Source: Hemiscyllium ocellatum
Taxonomy: Eukaryota
Direction of reading: 5' to 3'
Length of the DNA stretch: 64,000 nt
NCBI RefSeq assembly: GCF_020745735.1
Contig: NW_026867842.1
Span: 1 to 64,000, forward strand
Part shown: one piece after another, positions 45,297 through 60,000 of the stretch
Position numbering within the stretch: the stretch's first letter is position 1
Layout of the letters: the number at the start of each line of letters is the position of its first letter
Notes under the pieces: generated by a model
Seen by the model: only the letters and a program-made list of their open reading frames with translations
Database searches by the model: none
Told to the model about the DNA's origin: nothing
Made by a program: the position numbers and the translations under genes

Positions 45297-48234
45297 GCTT
45301 CACTGTCCCTGATCAGTGAAACGTAAAATGGGACTCTGCTTGGAGCTGACAGGCTCAATCTGCAGAGACCCATAGAGAGAGTGTACAGCTTCAGAAGCAC
45401 CACAATGAAACTGTCCCGTGCTATAAAGAAAAGTAATTTGATGTGACTTTTGTTTGTCTTCACAGTGTGCTGTTTTGTTCATTCTGTGATGATGTCTGTA
45501 CTGAGTGACACAAAGTATATTTCCTCCTCTAACCCCTTTCCAAAACACCCTCTCCATCTTGCTTTACTCCTTATTGACTCTTCTACAATTGCCCCTGTTC
45601 CCTCACTCCGTCCGGGTCCCAGAGAGATTGATGGCCGGAGTTCATGACCCCGCACTGTGTGAAGGTTGGTGTGAAGTGAGGCCAGTGTGTTGGAGCTTGG
45701 GCTCCTGCCTCAGGCCCAGGTGTAGGGCCTGTTCAACAATCTGCACATTATCCTTTTCTCTCTCTAACCATACTGGAATTTTCAATTTGCAGTAACTTGC
45801 TGGCAACAAGGTGTCTGGTCTAAAATATTCCTAGCTCTGGATAGATCTCTGCTGTTGATTTTTTTTCTCTCTCAGGAACCTGCTCTGTACTCAGTGCCTG
45901 TTATCATTACTTTGTTGGAGTTCATATGTCAGCTGCTGCTTCCTTGCTATGGTACTGAAAAAAAATCATCAATGCCTCTTGAGATTTAAAATACTCTGTC
46001 TTCATGAAAGTGGTTGGCAGACTTTTTAACATCATTTAACGTTCCAATGATGTGAATGCGTCAGTGTTGCATCTGGCTGGGAGCATTTAATATCATGGCC
46101 TTAGTTTTTAATGGATCCTGACTCGTGGTAATACAGTTTGCAATGGTTCTCTCCCCTTTCGTGTATTAAGAAGCTTGCAAACGTGTAATGATGACGACAG
46201 TGCAACTTCAACACTGTGTGACGGAATGGGTGGCTGTTTGAATTCTCATCTCATTATCATACAACTTTCAAAGAAAATGCTGTAGTCTCTGAAATTAGAC
46301 TGTACTCAGGTTTTATGCATATTGTGTTTGTATTTTACTTTTGGAATGCCAATTTGTCATAAAAATATTCTGTTCTGTTTTGTAGCTCAGTAGTTGTGTT
46401 TGCTCCCTGAGATACTGATAGTTTATACAACACTCCATTTGCCTTTGATCCAATTGTTGGCTGAAGCCTCTGGTTGTTCGGTGAGTCCAAGCCATTGTCT
46501 TGCTCTCTGCAGTTATAGAATCAATTTGGTTTCTCAGTGTGAGACAGGAGACCATTGCGTGGTAACTTCCTGTTCCACTGTCGGTGTTTAAAGCAAATGG
46601 GAACTGTCGAGGTTAATCCCATCATGAACATCAGAACATTGTGGAACTACCTCCACTGACTCATTTCTTTGTCCACCATTGCAGTAAAAGCAAATCTCTC
46701 ATTTGCCAGCACAAAGAGAAAGTGCCCGTCAGACTCCCTGGTGTGTGATGGTTTAGCTCAATAGGAGCAGCACTGGTAGATCATGCTGTATCAGCCTGGA
46801 CAGAATCCTGGGCAAACTCCAAATGAAACCATGACCTTCAGTAGATCTGCTGCTACACAAAATATGGAATTGGAATCCTTGTTCCCGAACCACCTCGATG
46901 TTAGGATGTTTGGAAATACAATTGAGAAAATAAAAACCAAACCCATTTCCCCAGGGCATATGTCACAACAAGAAAGTGGGGAGCAGACAGTTAATGTTCG
47001 CCTGTCTCTGGGGAACGTCGCTTTTCCTGTCTCCGCTCTCCTTGCAGGATATAATTTTTGCCACCCTTTCTGTCTGAGAATACTACTGTTCCTGTCCCCA
47101 CTCTCTTGGGGACAGGTTGGGGATGTCACAACCAACCAGTTTGTTAGTTCCATTTACTCTCATGAAATGTGTAATCCCTGCTTCACTATGTGTGTGAGCC
47201 ATGGGAGAAAGCCCAGCACAGCTAACCCTTCACTTCAATCAGATCACAGGGTCCGAGGTTGGTCTGTACTGTCTGGACCCAGACAAAAACACTGACTGAC
47301 TGGATCACGATCAAGATAACCCAGATCAAGTCCCAGTGAGACTGCTGTTGACCTTCACCCTCAAAGCCCACTGAGGAGGTGGTTATTAATCCCAGTGTTG
47401 TCATAGATTAAACTCTCCCAGAGATTCATGATTCATTCTAGATTTAGCGCAAGTGTGTGATGTTGTCAGGTGACAGCTGGGAAGACATGGAGATAAAATA
47501 TAAAAGGAGACAGAATTATATTTATGCTATACGTTTCTTGAACTTAGGATGTTTGGAAATGTTTCACAGCCAATGGAATACTTCCAAAAACCAGACATTG
47601 TTGTGATGTGGGAACTGTGACTGCCTGGGCAAGGCAGATCTTTTCACAGCACCACCCAGAGACTGGAGGCTGCTACTGCAGGCAGGCTCCAACCAGCTCT
47701 GCTGTGAGGGAAGGACACTGGAGCACACAAGGACATGGGAAATAGGAGCAGGAGGAAGCCTCCAATAGCTGTCCATCCTTTCTTAAATACAGGGACCAAA
47801 ATTGCAAACAATACTCCAAATCCAGGCTCACTAACACCCTCGATAGTTTTAACAAGATTTCTCTACTTTTAAATTCCAACCCCCAGCAATAAAGGTGAAA
47901 ATTCCATTCACCTTCTCGATTACTTGCTGCTCCTGCACTAACTGTCTGTGTTTCATGCACAATACTACCCAGATCACTCTGTACTGCACTTTGTTGGAAT
48001 CTCTCACTACTTAAATAATAGTCGGCCTTTAGATTATTCTGACCCAACTGTATGGTCTCACACTTTTTGACATTAAATTCCATCCACTGTGTATTAGTGT
48101 TTCATTTCCAGTTTGGTCTTCTCTTTGTTATTGACTGTCTCAATGCATCTGTCTGTAGCACGTCCCATTCCCATTTGTTGATGGCCCTGACCCTTGATTG
48201 TCTAACCCTTTTCTGGTTCCATTCAGTGACAGGC

Positions 48235-50570
48235 AGGAGGCTGGAAGAACACAGCAAGGCAGGCAGCATCAGGTGGTGGAGAAGTTGATGTTTTGGGTGT
48301 AATCCTTCTTCAGGAATGGGGTTAGGTGTAGAGGAAGCAGATAAAGGGGGTAGTGGGGACAGGATGATTAAGTGAGGATAGGTGAAGACAGGTAGATGGT
48401 ACAACTTGGTTGGTCAATGGGAGGAATGAATCCGGTAGGTGGCAGGCAGGAGTGGAAGGGAGGGAGAGGGGCTGGGAAGGGAATCGGGGGAAGGGAAGAG
48501 TGGTTATTTGAAATTGGAGAACTTAATGTTGAGTCATCTGGGCTGTAGGCTGCCCAGATGGAAGGTGAAGTATTGTTCCACCAATTTGTGGTTTGGTTCA
48601 TTGTGGCAATGGAGGAGGCTGATGATGGTCATGTCGGAAAGGGATTGGGAAGGGGAATTGAAATGGACTGTGACTGAAAGGCTGATCGGACCTTGCAGGC
48701 CTGGCTGAGATGCTCGGTGAAACGTTCCCTAAGATTATATTTGGTCTTCACAATGTAGAGAAGACCACATCACGGGCACCTGATGCAGTAAACTAGGTTG
48801 GAGGAGAGGCAATGTCTCACCTGGAAGGACTGTTTGGGGCCCTGGATGGAGGGGACGGATTGGTGTACCAGCAGGCTTTGCATCTTTTGGTGTTGCAAAA
48901 GAAGGTTCCTGGGGGTTCGGGAGGGTAGGTGGACAGATGCCACAAACCAAGAATTGTCAAAGGGAACAGTCCTTGTGGAAGGCAGCCAGGGGTGGGGAGA
49001 GGAAAATGTTCTTGGTGGTTAGTCTAGTTGGAGTTGGTGGAAGTGTTTAAGGATGATGCGTTAATTGGTACAGGGATTGGTAATAGTTGAGGACAATGGT
49101 GAGTCTGACTTCATTGTGTTTGGAGGGGGGTCGGTTTAGAGCAATGGAACGGGAAATGGAGGTAGTGCAGTGGATGACAGAAGGATGACAGAAGGAGGAA
49201 AAGCATGTTGTTCATAAGAGGTGGACATCTGTGATCAGCGAAATGTCTCCTCATCCGAGCAGATGGAGTGGAGGCAGAGGAATTGGGAGAATGGGATGGA
49301 GTTCTGCAGGAGACTGGTTGGGAGGAGGTGTAGCCCAGGTAGTAATGGGAGTCTGTGGGTGTGTAGTAATTGCCTGTTTGAAGATTATCGCCAGAATTGG
49401 AAATGGAGAGGTGTAGAAAGGCAGGGAGGTGTCTGAGATGGATGAGGTGATTTTGAGGACAGGGTGGAAGTTATGAAGAAAGTCAGTGAACCACTCCAGT
49501 TCAGCCTGGATGCAGGATGCTGCACCGATATAGTCACTGATGTAATGGCACAGTGCCTGTATAGTCACTGAAGAGGGACTGGTCGACATTGCTCAAACGG
49601 GGGCCCATGGCCACCCCATGGACTAGTTTGGCAAGGCGGAGGAATATATTGGTGGAGGGGGACTGCCTGGGTCCGTTGCAAAGGAAAAGGTGTTGGGCCT
49701 GGAGGCCATCCTTGTGGGGTATGGACATGTATAAGGACTGCACATCCATCGTGGAGATAAAGCACTTAGGCCTGGGGAACTGGAGGCTACTGAAGAGGTG
49801 CAGGGCATGGTTGATGTATCAGATGTAGGTGGGCATTGCCTGAACCAAGGAGGAGAGTTGAGGTAGGATGAGAGGAGTTCGGTGGGGCAGGGGCATGCTG
49901 AGATGATGGGTCAACTGGGTAGTTGGGCTTGTGGATTTTGGGGACCAGGGAGAACTGGGCAATGCAGGGCTGAGGGACTATGAGAGACAGTGGAGGGGAG
50001 ATCACTGGAGGCAATGAGGTCACTGACAGTGTGAGTGATTTTGGCCTGATGGGTCACAGTGGGGTTATGGGCAAGGAGGAGGTAGGACGTGGTGTCTAAG
50101 AGTTGGGGTTCAGCCTCTGTGACTTTTAGGTCTGTTCTCCAGACTAACACCACCCCACATTTGTCAGCAGGTTTGTTGGTGAAACAGGGGTTGGCACATA
50201 GAGAGTGGAGTGCTTGATCAGAGGGGGTATGGTTGGAATGGGTGAGGGGAGAAATGGAGGCGGGTGATGGCACATCAACAGTCAGCAATGAAGAGGTCTC
50301 GAGTGTGTACACAGCTAATAGGGGGAGACCAAATGGAGGAGTAAAGTTAGAGATGGGAGAAAGGTTCCTCAGAGGGAGTTTGGAAGTTTTGTTAAAGAAG
50401 AAGACACGGAGGTTGAGGCGGCAGAAGAAGAGCTCCGCTTCGTGGTGGGTGTGGGTGTCGTTGAGGTGGGGTCGGGCGGGAATGACTGTGAGCCCTTTCC
50501 TGAGGATGGACCTTTTGGCCTCAGAGAGTTTGAGGTCGGGGCGGTATAGTAAATATGGGGCAAAGCTCAG
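48235..50570 (-). mobile_element. Penelope-like retroelement, mirror copy
   Basis: MDVQSLYMSIPHKDGL..GVAMGPR on the minus strand; more diverged from the left copy than the rest of the arm. Confidence 0.88.
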
Positions 50571-53500
50571 GGTTGAGGTTTTGGAGGGGGCCCAAGTTGG
50601 CTGAAAGAGGGGAGGGGGAAGTGTGATGGCATGCAGTGGGTGAGGGTTGGTTGTGGTGTAGCACGGGGGAATGGGTGTTGGAGAGAAAGGAGATTGGGGC
50701 GGAGGTGGGCTGTGGAGTGAGGTGGGGGAGTGGGAAAGCGGGGATGAGGTGAAGAGGGAGAAGTGGAGGGAGAGGGTGCATTGTGGGGGTGGATAGGTGA
50801 GGAGGGAGAGCGAGTGTGCTGGCTGGCTGCAGGTAGGCAGTTGGACTCAGGGTGACTGTGGGAAATGCAGTCTGAGTCTTGGTTGCTGAGTGGGAGGGGC
50901 CAGAAGTGGAGGCAGAAGCTGGAGCGAAGTCAAGGCCAGTCTGAGTGTTTTGACCCAGGTTCAATTCCAGCCTCAGGCAAATGTCTGTGTGGAGTGTGTA
51001 CATTCTCCAAATGTCTGCATAGATTTCCTCTGGGTGCTCTGGTTTCCTCCCACATTCTAAAGACATGCAGGTTATGTGAATTGGCTGTTTAATGTTGCCC
51101 ATAGTGATCAGGAATGTGTAGGTTAGGTTCATTAGTCAGGGCAAAAGTAGAGTAATGGGATAGGAGATTGGGTCTTGGGTGGGTTACTCTTCCAAGGATA
51201 AGTGTGGACTTGTTGGGCCAAACGGCCTTCCCACCACCCGCTGAGTGAAAACATTCTTCCCCAAATCTTATTTGTGGTGCCCATGATGAAATATTTCAAA
51301 CCATTCATTTTGTCTCGTGTCGTTTAGCTCTTGAGCTCCTTGTTCAATAAATGGTTTATTCTTTTTGATAAAATATGAGTTCCCTGACAGGGACAGTTAA
51401 CTTTGTCCAATCAAGGAGTCCTGGCTGGCAGATAAAAAGAGCAGTGTCTTAATCCCTGCCCTCCCCTTCACTGTTTGATCACACAGCATTGCCCTTTGAT
51501 GTGAAGGGCACTGCTTGTCACTGGCCACGCGGGTGTTTTCCTATCTTCCTGGTGGTGGAAATTGAATAAAGATTCGTGCGCTTTGTGTCTCTCACTGTGT
51601 CTCACACCTACACACACACACACCATGGGTGCTGGGGAAAAAAATAAGCTCCCCTGCATTCGGCGGCAGTGTGGGGGTGAAATAAAACAGGCATGTTAGG
51701 GGTTCTGAACATTCTGAGAGCTGGCTCTGAGGGAGCTGGATCAGTGTCAAGGACTCTCCACATGTAAGTAAGAAAAAAAGAAGAAAAAAAAAAAAAGAGG
51801 AGTGTCAGAAGGACTGAAACTCTGGTACCTGACTCTGAATAACAACCTGCCAACCAACCCCCTCCTTCTGTCATCCTCAATCTCCCCATGCTTACTCTTG
51901 TTTCACCTTCAATCCAGCCTGTGCTGCCTTTGGGAGAGGTTGGCCTTCCCTCCATCACCCAGGAATGTGGTCATTATCCCAGAGCAGTCACACTTTTAAC
52001 CTGAGGGTCATCACAGCTGTAGCAGGGGGAGAGAAGGTGGCACCTTCATGGTGGTCATACCTGTCATTAATCCACCACAACCTCTCTTGGGGCTGTATGA
52101 ATTCAACCTCCCTCCCTCAGACAGCTCCCCTCCCTGGAAGGTAATATTGCTGCACCTAGTTTTGGGTTAATTAACCACTGAAATATGACTATGGGGAGCC
52201 AGCATTGGCTGGGCAGGCAGCCACAACTCCTCTGGCCCTGGATTCAAAAAATCTCCTCGGAATTGATCAACACATTTGGGAGCACAGTGCCCACTGCCTC
52301 TGAAATCCCTCCCTTCCTGAGAATACACTCTCAGTATTCACCTTTTACAGCTGCTATCTGAATTTGCTATAAATTCTGTGCCCAATGATCCTGCCCTTCC
52401 AGCTACCTAATGAAGGGGCAGCACTCCGAATGCTTTTACTTCCAAATAAACCTGTTGACTATTATCTGGTGTTGTGTGTTTTTTAACTTTGGCCATCTGA
52501 ATGAGCTGCCTCTCAGACTGAATCAGCTGAGCTGTTTTTCATTCATGATTTGAGAAGATTAAAGCCTAATCTTCAATCCCCAGCACAAAGCCCATTCTCA
52601 ATCCATCGCTCGGAGACACAGACCTCAGAGAGACACCTACAGGCAGCACAGAGTAACACACTCACACTGAGAGAGACACCTACAGGCAGCACAGAGTAAC
52701 ACACTCACATTGAGAGAGACACCTTCAGGCAGCCCAGAGTAACACACTCACACTCCATGCTGCGGATCGGTGTCTCACCGAATGTGGGTGTGTTACTGAG
52801 CGCTGTCTGTGGTGTGTCTCTGAGTAACACAGCCACACTCAGAGAGAAATCTATAGGCAGTATTGAGTTAAACACTCACACTCAGAGAGGCACACAGCCA
52901 ACAATGTCTGTGATTGGCCGAAGATTATTTCAGGGGCTATCCGACATGCAGCAGAGATTGCACAGTTCGATCCCATCAGCTGGGCATGTACCAACAGAGT
53001 GAAGAGGGAATGCATCAGATTGCACTTACTGAGTCCCAACAACTTTCAGTTTCTGTTCTTTTTGGAATCTACATAAATTCCTGATTAAAGGGATCATTTG
53101 AAAATGATTGATGATTGATGATTGTAATTGATTGACAGGCCAAGTAACCAATTGTGACAATGACCTGCTGAAATACAGCCAATCAACTGAGAGATGGGGG
53201 GGAGGAGAAAGTCAGTTATTTCCAAAGCACACGGAGACAGAGACTGAATTTTCACCTTTATTCCCTTTTCCACATTCACATTCACAGAAAAAGAAACAAC
53301 TGCAATTAACAGCCAAGACAGAGGAAGCTGCTCAAATTCATAGCCCCAATGGAGCTTGAGGAAAACACTTGGAGAGATTTTCTCAATAACACGAGAATCC
53401 TGCCCCTTTAAACAGTGACAAAACCTTAAACTGGAACTGGCAGCTGAGCAGGAAGGAGATCTGGTTTACTGAAGCAGAGACTTCTGAGGTTCACATTGTT

Positions 53501-53758
53501 TTGTGCAGCTAACATAACAAGGCAATCCTGTCCCCATCAAACATTCCCAGGACAAGGACAGCATGGGGTTTGACACAGTGTAAAGCTCTCTTGACACTGT
53601 CGCGATGACCTGCTTTAATATCCAAACCTCAGAAGTTTCTCTGAGCAATCCTGAGAAGGAAGAGAGTTGAAATTCAGTGCTGACAATGACCTTTGTCCTG
53701 CCAGCTCAGCCCTGTTCTGTTTAAAGTTGTGTCTCCTCTGTGGACTGTCTCCAACACT

Positions 53759-54087
53759 CTACACACATTCTGATCTCCTGATGCTCTTGCTGAGGGGAGA
53801 GGGGAGGGTCACGTGGGTGAGGGCACAGGAGAAGCGAGCGTCGGACTCCCAGTCAGACCCAGAGAGGGTCAGCAGGCTGCTGACACTGTAGGTGCTGTCT
53901 GAAGCTCGCAGGTAGTTGCTGGTCTGAACCCCGTCCGAAATGACTGCACCGTCCTTCTTCCACTGCACCTCCAGCTCATCGGGATAGAAGTGATTGGCAA
54001 GGCACACCAGGGTGGCAGTGCCCTTGGCATTGACCTGCTCCGGGGAGGGGGGCAGCAAGGTCAGCTTGGGCTGAGAGTTCTCACGGC
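53759..54087 (-). CDS. IGKC: Ig light-chain constant exon, copy 2 (identical to copy 1)
   Basis: Base-by-base reading shows identity with 20136-20464; acceptor AG at 54088-54089 on the minus strand. Confidence 0.97.
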
Positions 54088-57000
54088 CTGAAAGACAAGA
54101 GAAACAATTTTAATTCCTGCCACTGGAAGGGAATTCAACCATAATCTGGCCATACAATCTTTTTGAACATTTGTCGTCAATACAGAATAAACCCAACAAA
54201 TGACCAAGCATTGTTCACATTGCTTCTTGGGATGTGGGTGTCACTGGCAGGGCCAACATTTATTACCCATCCCTAATTGCCCCTGAGAAGGTGATGGTGA
54301 AGTAGCATAGAGAGAAGGGACAGTTTCTGGGCAGCTGGAAGGGCTGTCAATGGGGGAGCATTTTCGTGACAGTGATCAGAACTCAGTGAGATTGAGAGTA
54401 GGGATGGAAATGGAGAACCATGGAGCAAGTGTAAAAGTTTTCATTTTACTAAACTGTGTGGTGCTTTGGTAAAAGTGGATCGGAACCAATGGCATGATGG
54501 GAAATCAGTGTCAGGGCAGTGGGAGCCCTCGAAGGATGAGACAGACTGTTCAGAATCTGGTCCCACAATTAGTAAGGGTGTGGCTTCCAGATCTAGACCA
54601 AATGAACAAGAGGATTGGGGTTCACATACTGACATGGATTGGGAACTGGTTGGCAGACAGGACAGAAAGAATGAGTCTTTTTCTGAATGACAGGTAGTTA
54701 CACAGTGGTCAGTCCTTGGTACTCAGTTATTCTTAAAGTATAATAATAGAATCATCGAGTCAGAGAGACCCAAAAGGCCCATCAGCCCATTGTGTCCATA
54801 CTGGTCAAAAAACAACAACCCAATAATTCTCATCCATTTTACCAGCATGAGGGAATTAGATGCGGTATGTGTTCAATAAGGAATTAGATGTAGTTCTTCG
54901 GATGAAAGGGATCAAAGAATGTGGGGAGAAAGCAGGAACAGGGGACTGTGTTGGATAATCAGCCATGATCATAATGAATGGTGGAGCAGGCTCGGGGGCC
55001 AAATGGCCTACGGTTGCTCGTAGTTTGGATGTTTCTATCTGTATCTCAGATAATGAAGGAATTTGAAACTGCAAGTCATGTGGAGATGGAAGATTTGGCC
55101 ATGGTGTTTAATGCAGGTCAGTGAGGTGGTAAGAAGACACATGGGATAAACTGTTCTTCATTTTCCCTTGATGGAATGAGGGCAATTGCTGGATCGGCAG
55201 CATTTATTGTCCATCGCTAATCACCCAAAGGGCAGTTTAGAGTCAACCACATTGCTGTGGGTCTGGGGTCACATGGTAAGGATGGCAGTTTCTTTCCCGA
55301 AAGGACATTAGGGAATCAGATGGCGTTTTCCTGACAATCAAAGATGGTTTCATGGTCGTCATTAGACTTAATTCCAGATTTTTTTTGATTGAATTTGAAT
55401 GCCACCATCTGCTGGATTCTAACCCTGGTCCCCAGAACATTATCTGGATCTCTGGATTAACAGCTCAGCAATAACACCATTAGACCATCACCTCCCTTAT
55501 CTCATTTTTGGTTGACTGTGATTATTCTGGAACTGTATAAAACCCCAGTTAGAGCACAGTGAGAGAACTGTGTACGGTTCTGGTCACCACATTATAGGAA
55601 GGATGTGATCCCACAGGAGACCAGGACAGAGGAAGAGTTTGTCTGGAATGGGACTTTGAGTTTTGAGGAATGTTTGGATTGGCTGGGAGTGTTTTCGTTG
55701 GAACAGAGGAGGCTGAGGGAGATTTGATGGTGGTGTATAAAATGATGAGGGGCCTGGACAGAGTGGGTAGGAAGGACTGATTTCCACCAGCACAGAGGGC
55801 AATAACCATGGGGAGAGATTGAAATCAGTTGGGGGCAGGATTATAGGGGAGTTGAGGGTATTTGTTTTCACCCAGAGCTTGGTGGGATATGGGACTCACT
55901 GTCTGAAAGGGTGGGAGAGGCAGAAACCCTCATCACTTTGAAAAAAACACTTGGGTATTCACTTCAAACAGTGAAACCTCCAGAGCTATGGAGCAAGAGC
56001 TGGAAAGTGGGACGGATCTTGATACTTCTTTAACAAACCTCCGATCACCCACAGATCAGGAGAAATTTATCCGAGAACTTTGGAGCAGACTCGGATCCAC
56101 ACACTTCGGGAATGAGTCACATTGGGGTGTCTGTGTAGAAGGTTCTAGATTACATTTCAAACCTTGCTGCACACTGCTGGGCTGAGGTCAAGGGTGAGGC
56201 TGCAAAGAGTCTCAGTGTCCTTTGGGTCACTGCTCCTAATGACCCCATGCCCCCGGAAGGTGAGAGTGCACAGACAATGGGTGAGTGTTCGGATCAGGAG
56301 ACTTCAAACTTAAAGAAAGACTTGCATTTGTGAAGCACCTGTCCCCAAATCAAGATGTCCCAATGGATCTTTCCTGCAGACTGTGCACAGCGAGATCCCA
56401 AACACAATATGATAAAAAGAAGAGAAACAGATTTTCATTGATTTTGACTGGGGGATAAATATTGATTAGGGACACCAGGGGGAACTGCCTGCTCTTCATC
56501 CAAAAGTCCATGGAATGGCATCTTTCACAACTGGAAGACTCTCAGTTCATCCAAAAAAAAAGAATACTTCACTGGAAGTGAGGTTGCAGGTAGGTGGTGG
56601 GGGGGGGGGACAATGTCATTTGGTTTGCTTTCTTTTATTGGTCAGTGCATTGAGTATTGGAGTTGGGAGCTCTTGTGGCTGACAGACATTGGTTAGGGCA
56701 CTTTTGGAATACTGTGTGTAATTCTGGTCTCCCTGCTGGAGGAAAAATGTTGTGAACCTTAAAATGGTTCAGAAAAGATTTACAAGGATGTTGCCAAGGT
56801 TGGAGGGTTTGAGCTATCGGGAGAGGCTGAATAGGCTGAGGCTGTTTTCCCTGGATCATTGCAGGTTGATGGGTGACCGGATGGAGGTTTATAAAATCAT
56901 GAGCAGCATAGATAGGGTGAATAGAGAAGATCTTTTCTCCAGAGTGGGGGAGTCCAGAACTGGAGGGCATAGGTTGAAGGTGACAGGGGAAAGATTTAAA

Positions 57001-60000
57001 AGGGACCTAAAGAACAACGTTTTCATTCAGATGGTGTTAAATGTATGAAATGGGCTGCCAGAAGAAGTGGTGAAGGCTGGTATGATTAAAACATTTAAAA
57101 GGCATGGATATGTAAATCAGAAAAGTTTAGAGCATATGGGCATCAATCCAGCCCTTAACATTTCAGGCTCTTCCAAAGACATTTACAGACAGTTTTGTTT
57201 GACAAGGAGTCACTGTTGCAATGTCAGGAAGGTGGCAGCCAGTTTCTACACAGCAGGATTCAAGTAGAAGCAAGAGATCAAAGAGCAATAATGAGAAATA
57301 TTGGCCTGATTAGATTCCCTCCAGTGTGGAAACAGGCAGTTCAGCCTGACAAGTCCACACCAACTCTCCAAACAGCAGCCCACCCAGAAACATTCCATAC
57401 ATTTACTCCTGACTATTTCATCTAACACTGTAGGCAATTTAGAATGGCCAATTCACCTGGCCTGCACATCTTTGGACAGTGGGAGTAAACCAGAGCACCT
57501 GGGGGAAACCCACACAGACACAGGGACAATGTGCAAACACCACACAGACAGTTTCCCAAGGCAGGAATTGAACCCGTATCCTTGGCGCTGTGAGGTAGCG
57601 GTGCTAACCACTGAGCCACCATGCCTGAGGTCAATCGACACATAAAGTAATTTGGTTCAGTTGGATGGAAAATGAGAAAACAGAAGGTGAAGGAGAAGGT
57701 CGATTGTTGGTTAGTGGTGGGATTGATTGTTACCAGAAAATAAAAGATGGGGACGGATTTTTTGAATATCAAAGGAACTAAAGAAGTGCAGGGAAAATCA
57801 ATAATAAAATAAATTTAAAGAGTTTGTAACTAAATGCACAAAGCATTCCGAATAAGGTAGACAAAGTGACGCAATAAATCAAGGTAAATTGAGTGTCCAA
57901 GGAATTAAACTAGTTAAAGTGGAGGAGGGCTCAGGAGAGGTTATTCAAGTTTCTAGAAGACAACCTAGGACAGAGAGTACAGAAAGGAACAAGAGTCGAA
58001 CTTCAAGCACAGTAGATAAGAGGACAATGATGAGAAGGAGGGCAGTCAATGCAGGACTGAGGGTGTTGTACTTAAATGCACACAGTATACACAATGAGCT
58101 TGTAGTGCAGATTGAAACTGGTAGGTACGATGTTGTGGGTATCACAGAGACATGGCTGTAAGGGGGTCTGGGCTGGGAACTAAATATCCAAGGATCCATG
58201 TCCTATCAAAAGGACAGGCAGATGGGCAGAGGGGCAAGAGTTGCCTTGTTAGTGTGAAATAAAATTCAATCAATAGCAAGAAGTCAGAAGGTGTAGAATC
58301 TGTGTGGGTAGAGCTGAGGAACCACAATAAAGAATCTGATGCAAGTTATGTCCAGGTCTCCAAGCAGTAATCAGGGTGTGGGGAAGGAAATCAATCAGGA
58401 GACAGAAAATTAGATTAGATTACTTACAGTGTGGAAGCAGGCTGTTCAGCCCAACAAGTCCACACCGACCCACTGAAGCGCAACCCACCCATACCCCTAC
58501 ATTTACCCCTTACCTAACACTACGGGCAATTTAGCATGTCCAATTCACCTGACCTGCACATCTTTGGACTGAGGGAGGAAACCCACGCAGACATGGGGAG
58601 AACGAGCAAACTCCACGCAGTCAGTCGCCTGAGATAGGAATTGAACCTGGGTCTCAGGCGCTGTGAGGCAGCAGTGCTAACCACTGTGCCACCATGCCGC
58701 CCAGAAAAGGGATAAACTAAATGTCAGGGTAGACCTCAATGGATAGGTGGACTGGGTAGTGCATCGAAAGAAAAGGATTTCATGGAATGTCTACGAGATG
58801 GTTTTTGGAGCAGCTTGTGGTTGAGCAATGATGGAACAGGCAGGTGTGGATTCAGTGATGTGGAATGAGGCAAACATGATTAGTGAGTTTAAGGTGAAAG
58901 TATCACTCTGGATAAGTGACCATAATTCCCCCTGTAGTTTGAGAGAGAGAAGCTACAATCAGATGGAACTGTATTTCAGTTGAGTAAAGGTAACTGCAAA
59001 GACATGAGGAAGGAGCTGGCCAGAGTTGGTTGTAAGGGGAGCCGAGCAGGTAAGATGGTGGGGCAGCAAACAGCAGAGTTTCTGGGGGTAATTCAGGAAG
59101 TAGAGTAGGAATTCATCCCAAAAAAGAAAAAAAACATTCTCAGGGGAGGACAAGGCAACCATGGCTGATGAGGGAGGTCAAGGACAGCATAAAAGCAAAA
59201 GAAAAAGCATCCAATGTGGTGGAGAATAGTGGGAAGCCAGAGGATTAGGAAGTCTTTCAAGAGCTATAGAGGATAACTAAAAAAGCATTAAGGGTGGAGA
59301 AGATGAAATCTGGGAGTTATCTAGCCAGTAATATAAAAGAAGATTGCAAGAGTTTTAGCAAATATATAAAAAGGAAGAGGGAGGCAAAACTAGACATTGG
59401 ATCACTGGAAAATGAGTTTGGAGAAAGAATAGTAGGAAATGAAGGAATAGCCGAGGAATTGAATCGATACTTTGCATCAGTCTGCACCATGGAAAACACC
59501 AGCAGTGTACCAGTACTTCCAGACTGTCAGGGGGCAGTTCAGGCGTGTAGTGGCCATCAGTAAGGAGGAGGTACTGGGGGAAGCTGGAAGGTCTGAATTT
59601 GGATAACTCCCCCAGACTGGATGAACTACACCAGTGTGTTCTGAAGGAGATCACTGAAGAGATTGTGGAGGCATTGGTGATGATCTTTCAGGAATCAATG
59701 GAGTCAGGGTGTGGAGGTGGAGATTTGATGGGGGATATATACCCCTTGCCTAAGGCTAAGGCCAATTCACCTGACCCGCACATCTTTGGACTGTGGGAGG
59801 AAACCGGAGCACCTGGAGGAAACCCACACAGACACGGGGAGAACATGCAAACTCCACACAGTCAGTCGCCTGAGGCAGGAATTGAACCCAGGTCCCTGGC
59901 GCTGTGAGGCAGCAGTGCTAACCAATGTGCCACAGTGTCACCCGGTGGACTTGGAAGTGCAATGGTAAAATAGGGCTGAGTCAACACGGTTTCATCAAGG

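Noticed and set aside
8683-45467. Orphan RSSs at CACAGTG heptamers (8683, 22747, 39821, 45461)
   Set aside because: No nonamer-like sequence at a 12- or 23-nt spacing in any of them.
46783-47295. 170-aa ORF
   Set aside because: No recognisable motif, and an overlapping antisense ORF of similar quality; no support for coding.
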